DNA of 64,000 bases from Octopus bimaculoides (Eukaryota): assembly GCF_001194135.2 (NCBI RefSeq), contig NC_068990.1:76206852-76270851 (forward strand), read 5' to 3'. The notes under the pieces are model-generated. The model did not search any database. It saw only the letters and a list, made by a program, of their open reading frames with translations, and was not told where the DNA came from. The stretch's first letter is position 1; the number at the start of each line of letters is the position of its first letter. A program made the translations under genes and the position numbers. Positions 36,452 to 48,209 of the stretch are shown one piece after another.

Positions 36452-36922
36452 TCACTTTATCATTATTTTGATAGATAACAACTTATTTGAATTTTTTCAT
36501 TTATACTTACTCACTAAAGTTCGATTGAAAGTCGCTGGGGCCTTCAGCTGAACACCGCGCACGGAGAGGTAAATATGTTTTTTTTAATAGTTTATGTAAT
36601 AAGTCTGTCTGATGAACCCTAAGTGTTGCTTCAATACAGAAGGCGAAATCAATTGATGCCAGAATGTCTATGAACTTATTTGTATTTTAATATATGTATC
36701 TTATAAATGGTAGGACTGTTACTGTTTCGTACAAAGATATTTCCTATATTCTCCATGTGTTTATATATAGTGAGAGGTGAGTAGTTTCGGAGGATTTTAA
36801 CTCCACTCTGAAGCAACAGGTACTTATCGTACCCTGAAAACTTATATATTTTGATTATTTGAATAATGTTTGCTGGTCACTTTATCATTATTTTAATAGA
36901 TAATGATAACTTATTTGAATTT
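36452..36922 (+). mobile_element. Retrozyme- or PLE pLTR-like unit with terminal direct repeats and a decayed hammerhead
   Basis: Direct repeats at 36452-36494 and 36877-36922; CTGATGA(36609)..stem II..GAAA(36645)-TCAATTGA-TG-ccaga; flanked by a family A SINE head and 3' half. Confidence 0.55.
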
Positions 36923-37120
36923 GTCTCCCCAACATCGCTTGACAACCAAAGGTGGTGTGTTTACGTCCCCGTAACTTAGCGGTTCGGCAAAAGAGACCAA
37001 TAGAATAAGTACTAGGTTTACAAAGAATAAGTCCTGGGTTCGATTTGCTCGACTAAAGGCGGTGCTCTAGCATGGCCGCAATCAAATGACTGAAACAAGT
37101 AAAAGTAAAAGAGTAAAGAG
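36923..37120 (+). mobile_element. Family A SINE 3' half (head remnant at about 36405-36454)
   Basis: caacatcgcttgacaacc..gttcggcaaaagagacc..ctaaaggcggtgctctagcatggccgc..gtaaaagagtaaagag. Confidence 0.92.
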
Positions 37121-37234
<114 letters not shown>

Positions 37235-37545
37235 CATGTATGTATGCATGTATGTGTGTGTGCGTGTATGTGCTTGCGTGTGTGCATTTGTGTGTGTGGG
37301 TGTGTGTACAACAAGCAAAGATGTATGTGCTAAAAACACCAGCAATAATAGCGAACGTGAAAGCAACAGAGAGCAGATTATTTATTTACCACATGGATAG
37401 AATGAGACAATTATACATTACAGTCGAATTTGATTTAGTACAGTGTATATATACACACACACACACACACATACACACACACACATGCACATATATATAC
37501 ACATATGTGTGTGTGTGTGTGTGTGTGTGTGAATGTATACATACC

Positions 37546-37585
<40 letters not shown>

Positions 37586-37588
37586 AGT

Positions 37589-37665
<77 letters not shown>

Positions 37666-37699
37666 TGAGCACTGGTATTTACTGAATTTTTTCTTCTTT

Positions 37700-37756
37700 T
37701 AACATTTTTGTCTATTAACATTTTTGTCTATTAACATTTTTGTCTATTAACATTTT
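37700..37756. repeat. 16-bp minisatellite (taacatttttgtctat) x3.5
   Basis: Perfect tandem copies. Confidence 0.9.
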
Positions 37757-39049
37757 AGTGTCACCTTAACAAATGACACTAAAAGTCATGTATTCAAAAA
37801 GATTAAACATTCGACAGGTGCTGTAGGATATATAACTAGGCTTTGCTTTATAAACAATTAGTTGTTTAGCTCAATTTACTGACTTCACTAATTGTTTTAA
37901 TAAATAACTTTAAAAAGACATAACTGAAAAGAAATACCTGCAAAAGAATATACAATGATTTCTCGTAAGAAAATAATTAGAAAAATTTATTTACTTCTCA
38001 AAACAATGGTAAAATAATTATAATCTATAAGTCTTTTGTTTTTATTCTGATTTTTCTTTTTTCTTTTCTTTTTTTTTAAATTTCGTTTTTTGATAAAACT
38101 TTGTGCTGTATAACATTCGTCCGTTCAAGTACGCCATGATCTTTTGATGGTTTACGTACTGGTATTAGCTGAGACAATGTTGCAGATCACTTGCTCAGCT
38201 GTTCTTTGTCAACGACCCAACAGCCCTCCCCCAAAGAAGCATTGCTAATTGTGTGAGTGACAGAAAGTGAGAGACAAGAGAGAGAGGGAGAGAAAGAGAG
38301 GGGGAGAAAGAAGAGAGCAATCATGCCAGTGCATAATTGGTACCATTTTACATCGTATCACTTGAGTCCCTGGCATCTTGCTGGATTCGAATAGTCTTGA
38401 TATTAAAGAGGAGTGAAACTATAATGACTTTCCAGAAACCAACTGATGAGGAAAATTGCTGCGAATAGTCCGTGTATCTTGTCTCTGTCCAGCCAAATAT
38501 GGGAATACATTACACAATGTATCTTTTTTTTAAGATGAGAGGAAGATTTGAATGGTGATTTGACTATTATTTGCTGCAGAACGAGCGGTAACATAAAGAC
38601 ACTCTTCTTGGACTACCCATCTCCTTTCCTTTTCATATTTACAATGGCGTCGATCAACCCAAGTTAAACCATACCAAATAACCTGTCTGGAAGAAGCTAA
38701 TAAGGTCACTAGTGCAGCTTCTCTAACAGCGGCTAATTAATTTGAAAGAACAAAAAAACATTATAAAGAAGAAGTTTCTTAAATATTTCTCTGATGTCAT
38801 ATACTACTGGAATCAACACCAATTAGTGCCGCTTAATCAACATTTTAATTAACAGTAATTAAATGAAATTATTATATATATATGTATATATGTATATGTA
38901 TGTGTGTACGTGGGGTATGGAGTGTATGTGCGTGTTTCTGTCTGTGTGTGTACATATATATATAAATGTATGTGCGTGTATGTGTTTCTGTGTCTGTGTA
39001 TGTGTATGTGAAAGATGTACGCACTCTTGTTACTGTAATTTATTAAAAC

Positions 39050-39250
39050 AAAAGGAAATTGTTGAATAATTACATCATTTCTCGACAGTTTTCAATGCAT
39101 TTCATCCAGTGGTCCACAAGTTAGCTTATTCCATCGGAGAAGGTTTTTGGCTGATCGCGCAGCCATTTATGCACCACTTCCTGCGCTTCTTAGTCAGTAA
39201 TAAATCGCCGACTTCGTAAAGGATATTTGGGCGGTCCAAAGTGACCAAGA
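39050..39250 (-). pseudogene. Mariner transposase C-terminal fragment
   Basis: HFGPPKYPLRSRRFITD*EAQEVVHKWLRDQPKTFSDGIS*LVDHWMKCIE resembles the mariner FGPLK..LRGRRF..D.EV...V..WL..QP..FF..GI..LV.RW.KCI. Confidence 0.85.
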
Positions 39251-39565
39251 TCAAACTTTGGTTACGGAAGACTTCTTAGTGTAATTTCTCAGAAAATATT
39301 CTGATTCTACAGTACTTCCTGTATTCAAAATGCATGAGGATAAATATATTTGTAATTTTTTCACGTCACACTCTGGGGGAATAGATAAAATGTCAGGCGA
39401 ATTAGGCAAATTTATCAGATTTACACAAAACTGTTTGACGAAGTGTTTTCTTTCCAGTTTTCTGTTTTCTTTTTTTCTTTTTTCTCTTTCCTTTTTACCA
39501 GTCCCGAAAAAGCGAAAATTGATGATGTAATTTTTTCTGAAAAGGAATGCAGGATATTCCCCTTT

Positions 39566-39637
<72 letters not shown>

Positions 39638-39668
39638 CATAATCATAATATAGATGTTTTCGATCTAG

Positions 39669-39741
39669 TTTGGATCCTTTGCCATCAAATTTGAATTCTT
39701 TGCAATCAAATTTGGTTTCTTTGCAATCAAATTTGAATTTT
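39669..39741. repeat. 21-bp minisatellite (tttgcaatcaaatttgaattc-like) x3-3.5
   Basis: Three near-identical tandem units. Confidence 0.85.
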
Positions 39742-40422
39742 TCAAAGGGACTTTGTAAGTCAAGCTACAACGCAGAAAACGGTCAACAGGCATGTGCTGA
39801 AGTGTTGCAAACGGTAGAAAGTAGGAGTCTTCATCCTCGAAAGAATATTCGATGACCACAAATCGATTCGAAGCTAGTTTCTCGAAATTAGTGCTCAAGC
39901 CTTGAGAAAACAGAGTTAAACTACATCAGCCTTATGTATATATATATAGTATAAAAGATCGTGGGTTAGGCCAAAACAATGCGAAGTAAATGAAAGGTAA
40001 ATCACAAGAAAACAAATATGTGAATTAATGTAGACTTAGCTAGTATTCAATATTTCGGAGTTATGACCCTGTTTTCAAGAAATTGACGAATGTTGCCGAT
40101 GTGCATATGTATATATATTCACCAAAGTATACACTAATATAGATCCATTACAGCCGGTCATACCAATCTGTTTCACAAAGGATATTAGATAAAAACGGTG
40201 CTGCGTAACGATTAAAGACAAAATTAATAATTGAAAAAGAGAATAGAAAAATAAGCACTTAGACGATTGTATAGGTGTGTATATGAGTGTCTGTGCATGT
40301 GTGTGTAAATATATAACTATATACACACACGTATATGCATATATATATATATATGTATACATATATATATACACATAAATATAATTATACATACGCATAT
40401 ATGTATATATATGTATGTTCAT

Positions 40423-40469
<47 letters not shown>

Positions 40470-40779
40470 GACACGTATTTAGGCATGCATGTATATATGT
40501 ATGTAAATTGTGTAGAACTTTTTATTACATGTTTAATCTTGTGTAACCCTTAGGTCTAACATGAGATTATATATGTAATAAAAAATGTTTTTAAATGAAC
40601 ATTTTTTAGGCCATTAGATAAATAAATAAACATATTTTTTAGATAGTTGTGAATATGTAGAAATAGTAGATGTTTAAAATGTGCATCTAACGTCGGGGAG
40701 ATTGATCAATAAACGAAACAGAAAAAGTAAATCACAATGGAAATAAATTTTTATAGTAAGAAATAAGTAAATTTATATA

Positions 40780-40906
40780 CAGGGTGTCCACAAAGTCTGG
40801 GTACATGAAGATTAACACATATTTTAAGAAATCATTATTTCTTATATTTAACTGTTTATGTTATGATTTTATTTACTCCATGTACCCAGACCTTGTGGAC
40901 ACCCTG
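40780..40906. mobile_element. Tc1/mariner-type MITE, 127 bp
   Basis: TA-cagggtgtccacaaagtctgggtacatg...catgtacccagaccttgtggacaccctg-TA; 28-bp TIR with 1 mismatch. Confidence 0.95.
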
Positions 40907-41202
40907 TAGTGTGCTTATAAGTAAAGTTAAAGAATATTTTGTAAGTAACTAAAAGATTTATTGATTTGAAGTATAATAGTTTAATAATAAAATTTAGTTG
41001 TTTAGGAAATGAAATAATTAAATATCTAGTAATGTTAGTTAGTTTTCGATTGAATTATATATTAAAAAAAAGAACAGCAAGAATATTATGATAGTATTAA
41101 TTGTCGATAGGGACACTGTATTTCATTTTGCGACCATAATATACCCCCAATTATTGTGTCTTACCTTTTTGTGTTCAATCACTTTTAAGTTTATTTCTAC
41201 AA

Positions 41203-41334
41203 ATTTTCTATAGAATTTAGAGCCAGCTCTGAAAGTTACGAGGTTTAGTATACGGATACGTTTATATATACAATGCGATTGAAAGTAGACGTCTGACGTA
41301 ACTTTAAGCGCTGACTCTAAATTCTATAGAAAAT
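41203..41334. repeat. Fold-back element with 38-bp inverted arms; homologous to 7180-7270
   Basis: attttctatagaatttagagccagctctgaaagttacg / cgtaactttaagcgctgactctaaattctatagaaaat. Confidence 0.8.
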
Positions 41335-41585
41335 CTGTGGCTGTGTGGGAAGTAGCTTGCTTACCAACCACATGGTTCCGGGTTCAGTCCCACTGCGTGG
41401 CACCTTGGGCAAGTGTCTTCTACTATAGCCTCGGGCCGACCAAATCTCTGTGAGTGGATTTTGGTACACGGTAATATATGTGTGTGTGTGTGTTTGTGTA
41501 TTTGTGTTCGACAACCGATGCTCGTGTGTTTACGTCCCCTTTACTTCTTGAAAAATTACGGAAGTGTTTACGTCCCCTTTGCTTC
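41335..41585 (+). mobile_element. Family A SINE, 3'-truncated
   Basis: gtggctgtgtgggaagtagcttgcttaccaaccacatggttccgggttcagtcccactgcgtggcaccttgggcaagtg. Confidence 0.93.
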
Positions 41586-42311
41586 ATGCATAAAAAAAAC
41601 GAAATATAACATGTATAGAGTAAAGGAAGAAATGTAAATTAACGCCTACTATTGATAAAAGAAAATGTGAAAGAAAGAAGTATAAATGTCCTTGACTTCT
41701 ATAAATTTTAAAGCTAAATTAAACAGGATCTGTGGGACTATACAAGAACACGCTCGCACACACACACACTTACACACACAAGAACAAGCACGCACAAACA
41801 CAAACTCACACACACAAGAACAAGCACACACACACACACACAGACAGATGCACACCCATTAGCTGCCACACCATCAGAAGAAATACGGTACATATATATA
41901 AGATATTACAAGCGTTGCCTTAAAAAGTACAAAACTAGAATTGAAAAATACACAGGCTCAGAATGATTGCAAAATTTCAAAATAAACCTTAAAATGTATG
42001 GGACCAGCATCGTTGCTCAAAAATATTGGATTCATTATATGTACTACATTCTGTGGCATCTTCTTATCACAAGAAATTTGTTTCGTTCATCGAAATTAAG
42101 TCGTATTAAAAATTAATTAAGTTAAATTATCGTATACTCACTTTTAACAAAACAACTGTGTACAAATACTAATGAAATCTTTACGCAATAATTCAATCTG
42201 TGAATGATAGTTTTTTTGAATTTACAAGTAATCAACCAAAACTAATTTAGTAATAATGTGTTTAATTCTCGTAACTATTGTGTGTAGAAGCCCGTTATAT
42301 ATATGTGTGTG

Positions 42312-42500
42312 TGTTTGTATGTTTGTCCTTGTCCTCCACCACTACTTGACAAACAGTTTCGGTTTTTGTGTAGCCTCGTACCTTACCGGTTCGGCCCAAG
42401 TGACCGAACAAAAAGTACCTGGCTTAAAATTAACTACTGGGATCGATTTTTTTTTTCGAGTAAAAACCCTTGGGTGCAATCTAATAAACGAAACAAGTAA
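42312..42500 (+). mobile_element. Family A SINE 3' half, degenerate
   Basis: gtttgtcc..ccaccactacttgacaaacag..cggttcggc..aagtacc..gggatcgatt..aaacgaaacaagtaaaa. Confidence 0.7.
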
Positions 42501-42701
42501 AAAGGTTGTTTTTTTTTTCAAATAATAAATAGATAATATAAAAACTAATGAGTTTATTTTTTATAGCATATATTTTATCCCACCATGCTGAAATTTTACA
42601 GCAATATCTTATTCAATTTTACAAACCTCTCAGTGAAGGACATATTTTCTTTTCGTTTCCCTCCACCTTTTTTACATTTACCACTCCAGGTTTAGTATTT
42701 A

Positions 42702-43547
42702 CGAGGTGTATTCCAGATGCTTTGAGACTCTTTTTACGAGAGGCAGTTTTGATTGTCTTAGATTGTAATTTGAGTTTGTTCTCACTATGCATGTTATAAG
42801 CTGAACTGCCAACTTTTATTATTCCAGACTGAAAAAGACGGTTATAACAGCACTTTGAACACACCCGACAAAGCACTGGTTGAAACAGCTGACTAGTTTG
42901 CAGAATGCAGTCGGGACATGAAGTCAATTTGGGAGCTCGATAAGGAATAAAGTTTTATCTTAAACTGGGCAGTAATGCTGCAGAAACTTGTGAAATGCTC
43001 TAAGCTACTAATGAATGAACTTGTATGAGCCGAGCGACTATTTTTCGTTGGCACAAGAGGTCAAGCAAAGCAAATCCACCGGGGAAACTCATGGTAATCT
43101 GCTTTTTCGACAGCAAGTGCATTGTCCACATTCACTTGGTTCTCTCTGGTCAGATGGTCAGCAATTATATTTTGAGGAGGTTTTGAAGGAGTTCAGGAAA
43201 CGATTTCGTTTGCATAAGTCAAGAGCACCGGCACGAGGACAATGCTTCAGTCCACAATTCTATTCTAGTAAACAACCACTTGGCAGAGATAGACATCAAC
43301 ATTGTCCCTCACCTTCTCTACAGTTCAGACCTTGCTCCCTGTGACTTTTGGTTGTTACACTGGCTAAAGAAGTTCAGGGGAAGTCATTTTGAAGATAAAG
43401 GAAGCCGTGACAAATGTCCTAGAAGGCTTCCATAGAACCGTCACAAAGTGGCTGGCGCGCTGCAACAAGCCCATTTGAAGTCAGAGAATCATACTTTGAA
43501 GCAGATTACAAATTCGAAAAGTTTCAAAACTTCCGTAATACACCTTG
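42702..43547 (+). mobile_element. Internally deleted mariner (DD34D) element
   Basis: TIRs cgaggtgtattcc / gtaatacaccttg with TA on the left; IKFYLKLGSNAAETCEML, SRATIFRWHKR, GKLMVICFFDSKCIVH, HEDNASVH..PHLLYSSDLAPCDF (34 residues between D and D). Confidence 0.9.
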
Positions 43548-43732
43548 TTAATTACATAAGTTTATGCAGTTTGCATCTATTGTGCTTCTCTTTCCTTAAG
43601 CGCGAAATTTAACTCTAGCTCCTTCAAAATCATTCAATAACTTCTTAAAAAATCATCTGTAAATTTCATCTCTATCTTCATCTTTTATTTTTAGGGTTCT
43701 AGTAATTATTCTAATGTCTCTCTCCTTTTACC

Positions 43733-43918
43733 AAATAGCTAAGTTGCTGGACACAAACACACAAAATGTTTCAGTTTCTGTCCACCAAATCCACTCAAAA
43801 GGATTTAGCTGACCCGAAGCTACAGTAAAAGGAACTTGCCCAAGATGTCGCGCGCGGCGGGACTGAACCCGAAACCAGGTGACCGAAATGTAAACTTTTT
43901 TACCGCACAACCATGACT
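43733..43918 (-). mobile_element. Family A SINE 5' half
   Basis: caccaaatccactcaaaagg..acttgcccaagatg..gggactgaacccgaaacc. Confidence 0.8.
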
Positions 43919-44298
43919 ATATTTTGTTTATATGTAATTAAATTGGTCTAACGACTTTATGACGTTTACTATATATGAAAATAACACTGCCTTCTTTTTA
44001 TGGTAACTTTAGAACATTAATTCACACCCATGTTGTCTCTTAATCATAATAATTTTCTTTTATATCCTTTTTTTCCTTCCTAAAAAAGAGCTAACTAGTT
44101 CTTCGGGAAGCTCACAGAGCTGAGCCAAAGGTTTCGATGTCAGTACAAATTTAATGATCTACCTGAACACACTCTCTCTGTCTTTCTCTCCCGACTTCTC
44201 TCTCCCTCTCTCGTTCCCTCCCTCTCTTGCTTTCTCTATATCTCTCTTTTTTTTCTTTCTGTCCCTTTTCTCTTTCTCCATTCTCTCTCTCTCTCTCT

Positions 44299-44335
<37 letters not shown>

Positions 44336-44439
44336 ATATATATATATGTATGTATGTATATACACACACACATATATATATATATATATGTGTGTGTATG
44401 TATAAGTGTATATATATATATATATGTGTGTATGTATAA

Positions 44440-44550
<111 letters not shown>

Positions 44551-44634
44551 CATATATATATATATATACATATGTATATATATACATACACACACATGTA
44601 TACGTATTTACCTATACGCAAATAGTTTGTCAGT

Positions 44635-44665
<31 letters not shown>

Positions 44666-45110
44666 GCAGGAAGGCAGGCAGCCAGGTGGGCAGACAGCCA
44701 GACAAACAGACAGACAGACATATGCTCGTATGTACAAAATCATCTTTGTATTCCATGGACACTGATATCGCGTTTCCCGGTCATCAAGAGTCCAATACTC
44801 TATAATTATATATGTCTAACACATAATTACAGCGCTATATATCTGAAACCTATGAAGTTTGTGACTCTCTATATAGTTTTATAAATGTGTTTTTCATCGC
44901 TGCGCCGTAACAATTGGCTTTTATTCTAATATTGATTGTTTACATAGGCACAATGTATTTCCAAATTTGTACCAATTGAATAGGCCCCCGTACATGTCTA
45001 GTACGTGATTTTCTCGACGACAAAGAAACGATCTAGGAAGTTATTTGGTTTCGCAATGAATCATTACGATACCAATGATTGAGGTATGTATATACGTATA
45101 TATATATATG

Positions 45111-45208
<98 letters not shown>

Positions 45209-45221
45209 TATGTATATCTCA

Positions 45222-45745
45222 CAGCATGGCTGCGTGGTAAGAAGCGTGTTTCCCAACAACATGGTTCCTGCTTCACTCCTTCTGCGTGGCACCTTGAATA
45301 AATGTCTTATACTCTAGTCTCGAGTCGACCAAAGCCTTGTGAGTGGATTAGGTAGACGAAAAGTGAAAGAAGCATGACTCAGTGGCTAGAGCGTCGAGCT
45401 TACGATCCTGAGGTTGTGAATTCGATTCCCGGACCGGGCTGCGAATTGTGTTCTTGAGCAAGACACTTTATTTCACGTTGCTCCAGTTAACTCAGCTGTA
45501 GAAATGAGTTGCCAAACTCTATCGGCCTTTGCCTTTCCTTTGGATAACATCAGTGGTATGGAGAGGGGAGGCTGGTATGCATGGGTGACTGCTGGCCTTC
45601 CATAAAACAACCTTGCCCGGACTTGTGCTTGGGAGGGCAACTTCCTAGGTGCAATCACATGGTCATTAATGATCGAAGGGGGTCTCCATATATATATATT
45701 TATGTTTGTGCGTGTCTTTGTATCTGTGTTTGTCCCCCCATCATC
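45222..45745 (+). mobile_element. Family A SINE interrupted by a family C SINE
   Basis: A head and body at 45222-45375; A continuation (gtgtctttgtatctgtgtttgtccccc) at 45700-45740. Confidence 0.85.
45376..45690 (+). mobile_element. Family C SINE (long-body form), nested
   Basis: gactcagtggctagagcgtcg..gaattcgattcccggacc..cttgagcaagacactttatttcacgttgctccag..ccataaaacaaccttgcccggacttgtgc. Confidence 0.85.
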
Positions 45746-45789
45746 AGTAATCAGGGATAAGTTTCATACAAAATTTAATATATTAAAGT

Positions 45790-46710
45790 TTTTAAGTTTT
45801 CTTGAGATGTTGGTTTGTCTATCCAGTTAAAGAATCCAGTAGTGTTTTTGCAATGAAAGTGATGTTTACATTTTCGAATATTCAAGGAGAACGGAAAGGA
45901 TAGGTATTCACAGAAGCTGTAGATATTAGATTTTTTTCTTAAACTGATCGTTTTGAGAGAGATTTAAAATATTCACGGGGAATTGTAGATATTCCAGTCT
46001 TTGAAAAGATAAGTTAACATTGTTGAATTTTTGACTTTCTGAAATTCTTTTTCTTTTGGAATTTTTCTTTTCTCTTTAAACGTTTTGCTGTGGTTTACAG
46101 TTTTTGCAGTTGTGCAGAATGTGTATATTGGCAGGTGCTTACCTCCTTAATTTTTTTTTGGGGGGGGGGGGGTCCAAGCATTTAACTGTGTTGTTACAAT
46201 AAAAGGCATGTTTACATATTCGGGTAGTCAGGGAAAAAGGAAAGATAAAATGTTCACACAAAATTGGAGATATGAAAGTTTCTAAATTTTTTTTTTTTTT
46301 GTGGAGATGTTCGTTTGTATGTCCGTTCAGAGAAGACTGTAGTGTTTTTGCAATAAAAAGGATGTTTACATTTTTGAATACTTAGGGAGAGAGGAACGGA
46401 AAGAAAAGGATAGTAAAATCTTTACAGAACATTGTAGATTTAAGGTTTTAAAATTTACTGGAGATGATTTTTTTGTCTGTCCGAACAGAGAAAACTGTAA
46501 TGTTCTTGGAATAAAGAGGATGTTTACATTTCCGAATACTCAGGGAGAAAGGAAAGGATAGGTATTCACAGAAGTTTTAGTTATTAAAGTTTTTTAAGTT
46601 GATCGTTTATGTGTTCGAAAACTGTAGGTACTATGTAAGTTTCTTAACTTATTTTGAGGGAAATTCAAAATAGTCACAGGAAATTGTAGATATTCCAGTC
46701 TTTGAGAGTT
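45790..46710. repeat. Degenerate ~140-160-bp tandem repeat with higher-order duplication
   Basis: Recurring gtagtgtttttgcaataaaa.ggatgtttacattt..gaata.tcagggag..aggaaaggata at about 45840, 46190, 46340 and 46500; gaaattgtagatattccagtctttga at about 45980 and 46680. Confidence 0.75.
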
Positions 46711-46799
46711 GTTTTTCAATTTTCTTGCTTGGTTGTATTAGTGTTTCTGTGTCTTCAGCTACTGGCAGGTTAGAGCAGCGAAGAACACGTCCAGCCCAA

Positions 46800-46868
<69 letters not shown>

Positions 46869-47946
46869 GAATCAAAAAATGAAGAGTGCCATTATTATCA
46901 AGTGAACGATATTTCGACATCTCGTGTGTCTTCCACGTGTTCAAAAAATTAACTTGTCATTCTACTTCATTTTGGTAATATTTATCGGATTGATGTAATA
47001 TTTCACAGAATTAATGGTAAAACTATTGGGTTATTTCTGAAAACGTAGCCTCTGTTGTGCCTGTATGGAAAGATACTCGCTCATCTGCTACTCATTGAAA
47101 AGTGAAAGAAATTGGAATACGATGATTTCTTAGTGCACTTTATATATAGACTTTAAATATTTTATGCATAATTTTATAGACTTAATACACAGAATTCATG
47201 AAATAAATATTCACAGTTATTTTTCCATTTTCCCTATAAAAAAATTATCTCGTGCATATGATATAACCTTTAGTTAAATTGTACATATCTGCCTTGTAAA
47301 TAAGTGTGAATATTTCATAGAATTGCACCTATGCGCATGTGTTAAGTGATAGAGCACATAAAAAACTTTTCACTATCCAATCACCACCACACCTCCATCT
47401 CCACCACCTCCACTATCATCATCTCTCTCTCTCCCTTCTCACTCTCCCTGCCTTTCATTGACCTCACCATCAGAACATCACACCTCTGCTAAAATTATAT
47501 TTTTTAACTCTCCTCCTCTACCTTCAAATAAATTTTCACTTCATAGACGGTTCTCACTCCCTCTTTTTCTTTCTCACTGTTTCTGTCTCTCTCATCGCCC
47601 TATCCTCTTTATCTCTCGTTTTTTTTTTCTTTCTCTTCTCTTTCGATTCAGCTAATCACGGGAAAGTGTTACAATTACTTTCCCACCACCTGGCGACATG
47701 GACGCTTCTGTCTCCCTCTTTTTCTCCCTCCCTTTTTTCTCCTTCCCTCTTTTCTTTCTCCCTCTTTCTCTCCAATCACGTGAAAGTGTTACCGACGGAC
47801 TAAGTAACGCAATGACAATCAGAATTATTATAAAATGATCATTATTATTTAGGCGACGAGCTGGGAGAATCGTTAGCAGGAAGGGCAAAATGTTTAACGA
47901 AATTTTTCCAGCTTTACACACACAAACAAACACAGATACACACACA

Positions 47947-47977
<31 letters not shown>

Positions 47978-48209
47978 GCGCGCGCACGCACATACACATT
48001 TACACACACAAACACACACATATATANNNNNNNNNNNNNNNNNNNNNNNNNNNNNNNNNNNNNNNNNNNNNNNNNNNNNNNNNNNNNNNNNNNNNNNNNN
48101 NNNNNNNNNNNNNNNNNNNNNNNNNNNNNNNNNNNNNNNNNNNNNNNNNNNNNNNNNNNNNNNNATATATATATATATATACATATGCACACACACACAT
48201 ATATATATA

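Noticed and set aside
38400-38620. Possible RTE-like C-terminal remnant
   Set aside because: Similarity is scattered over several frames and too weak to call.
39670-39855. ORF with 7-aa repeats (SNLNSLQ)
   Set aside because: It is the translation of a 21-bp minisatellite, with no evidence of coding.
47684-47700. CTCF-like ccacctggcg motif
   Set aside because: A partial match only; it cannot be supported from sequence alone.
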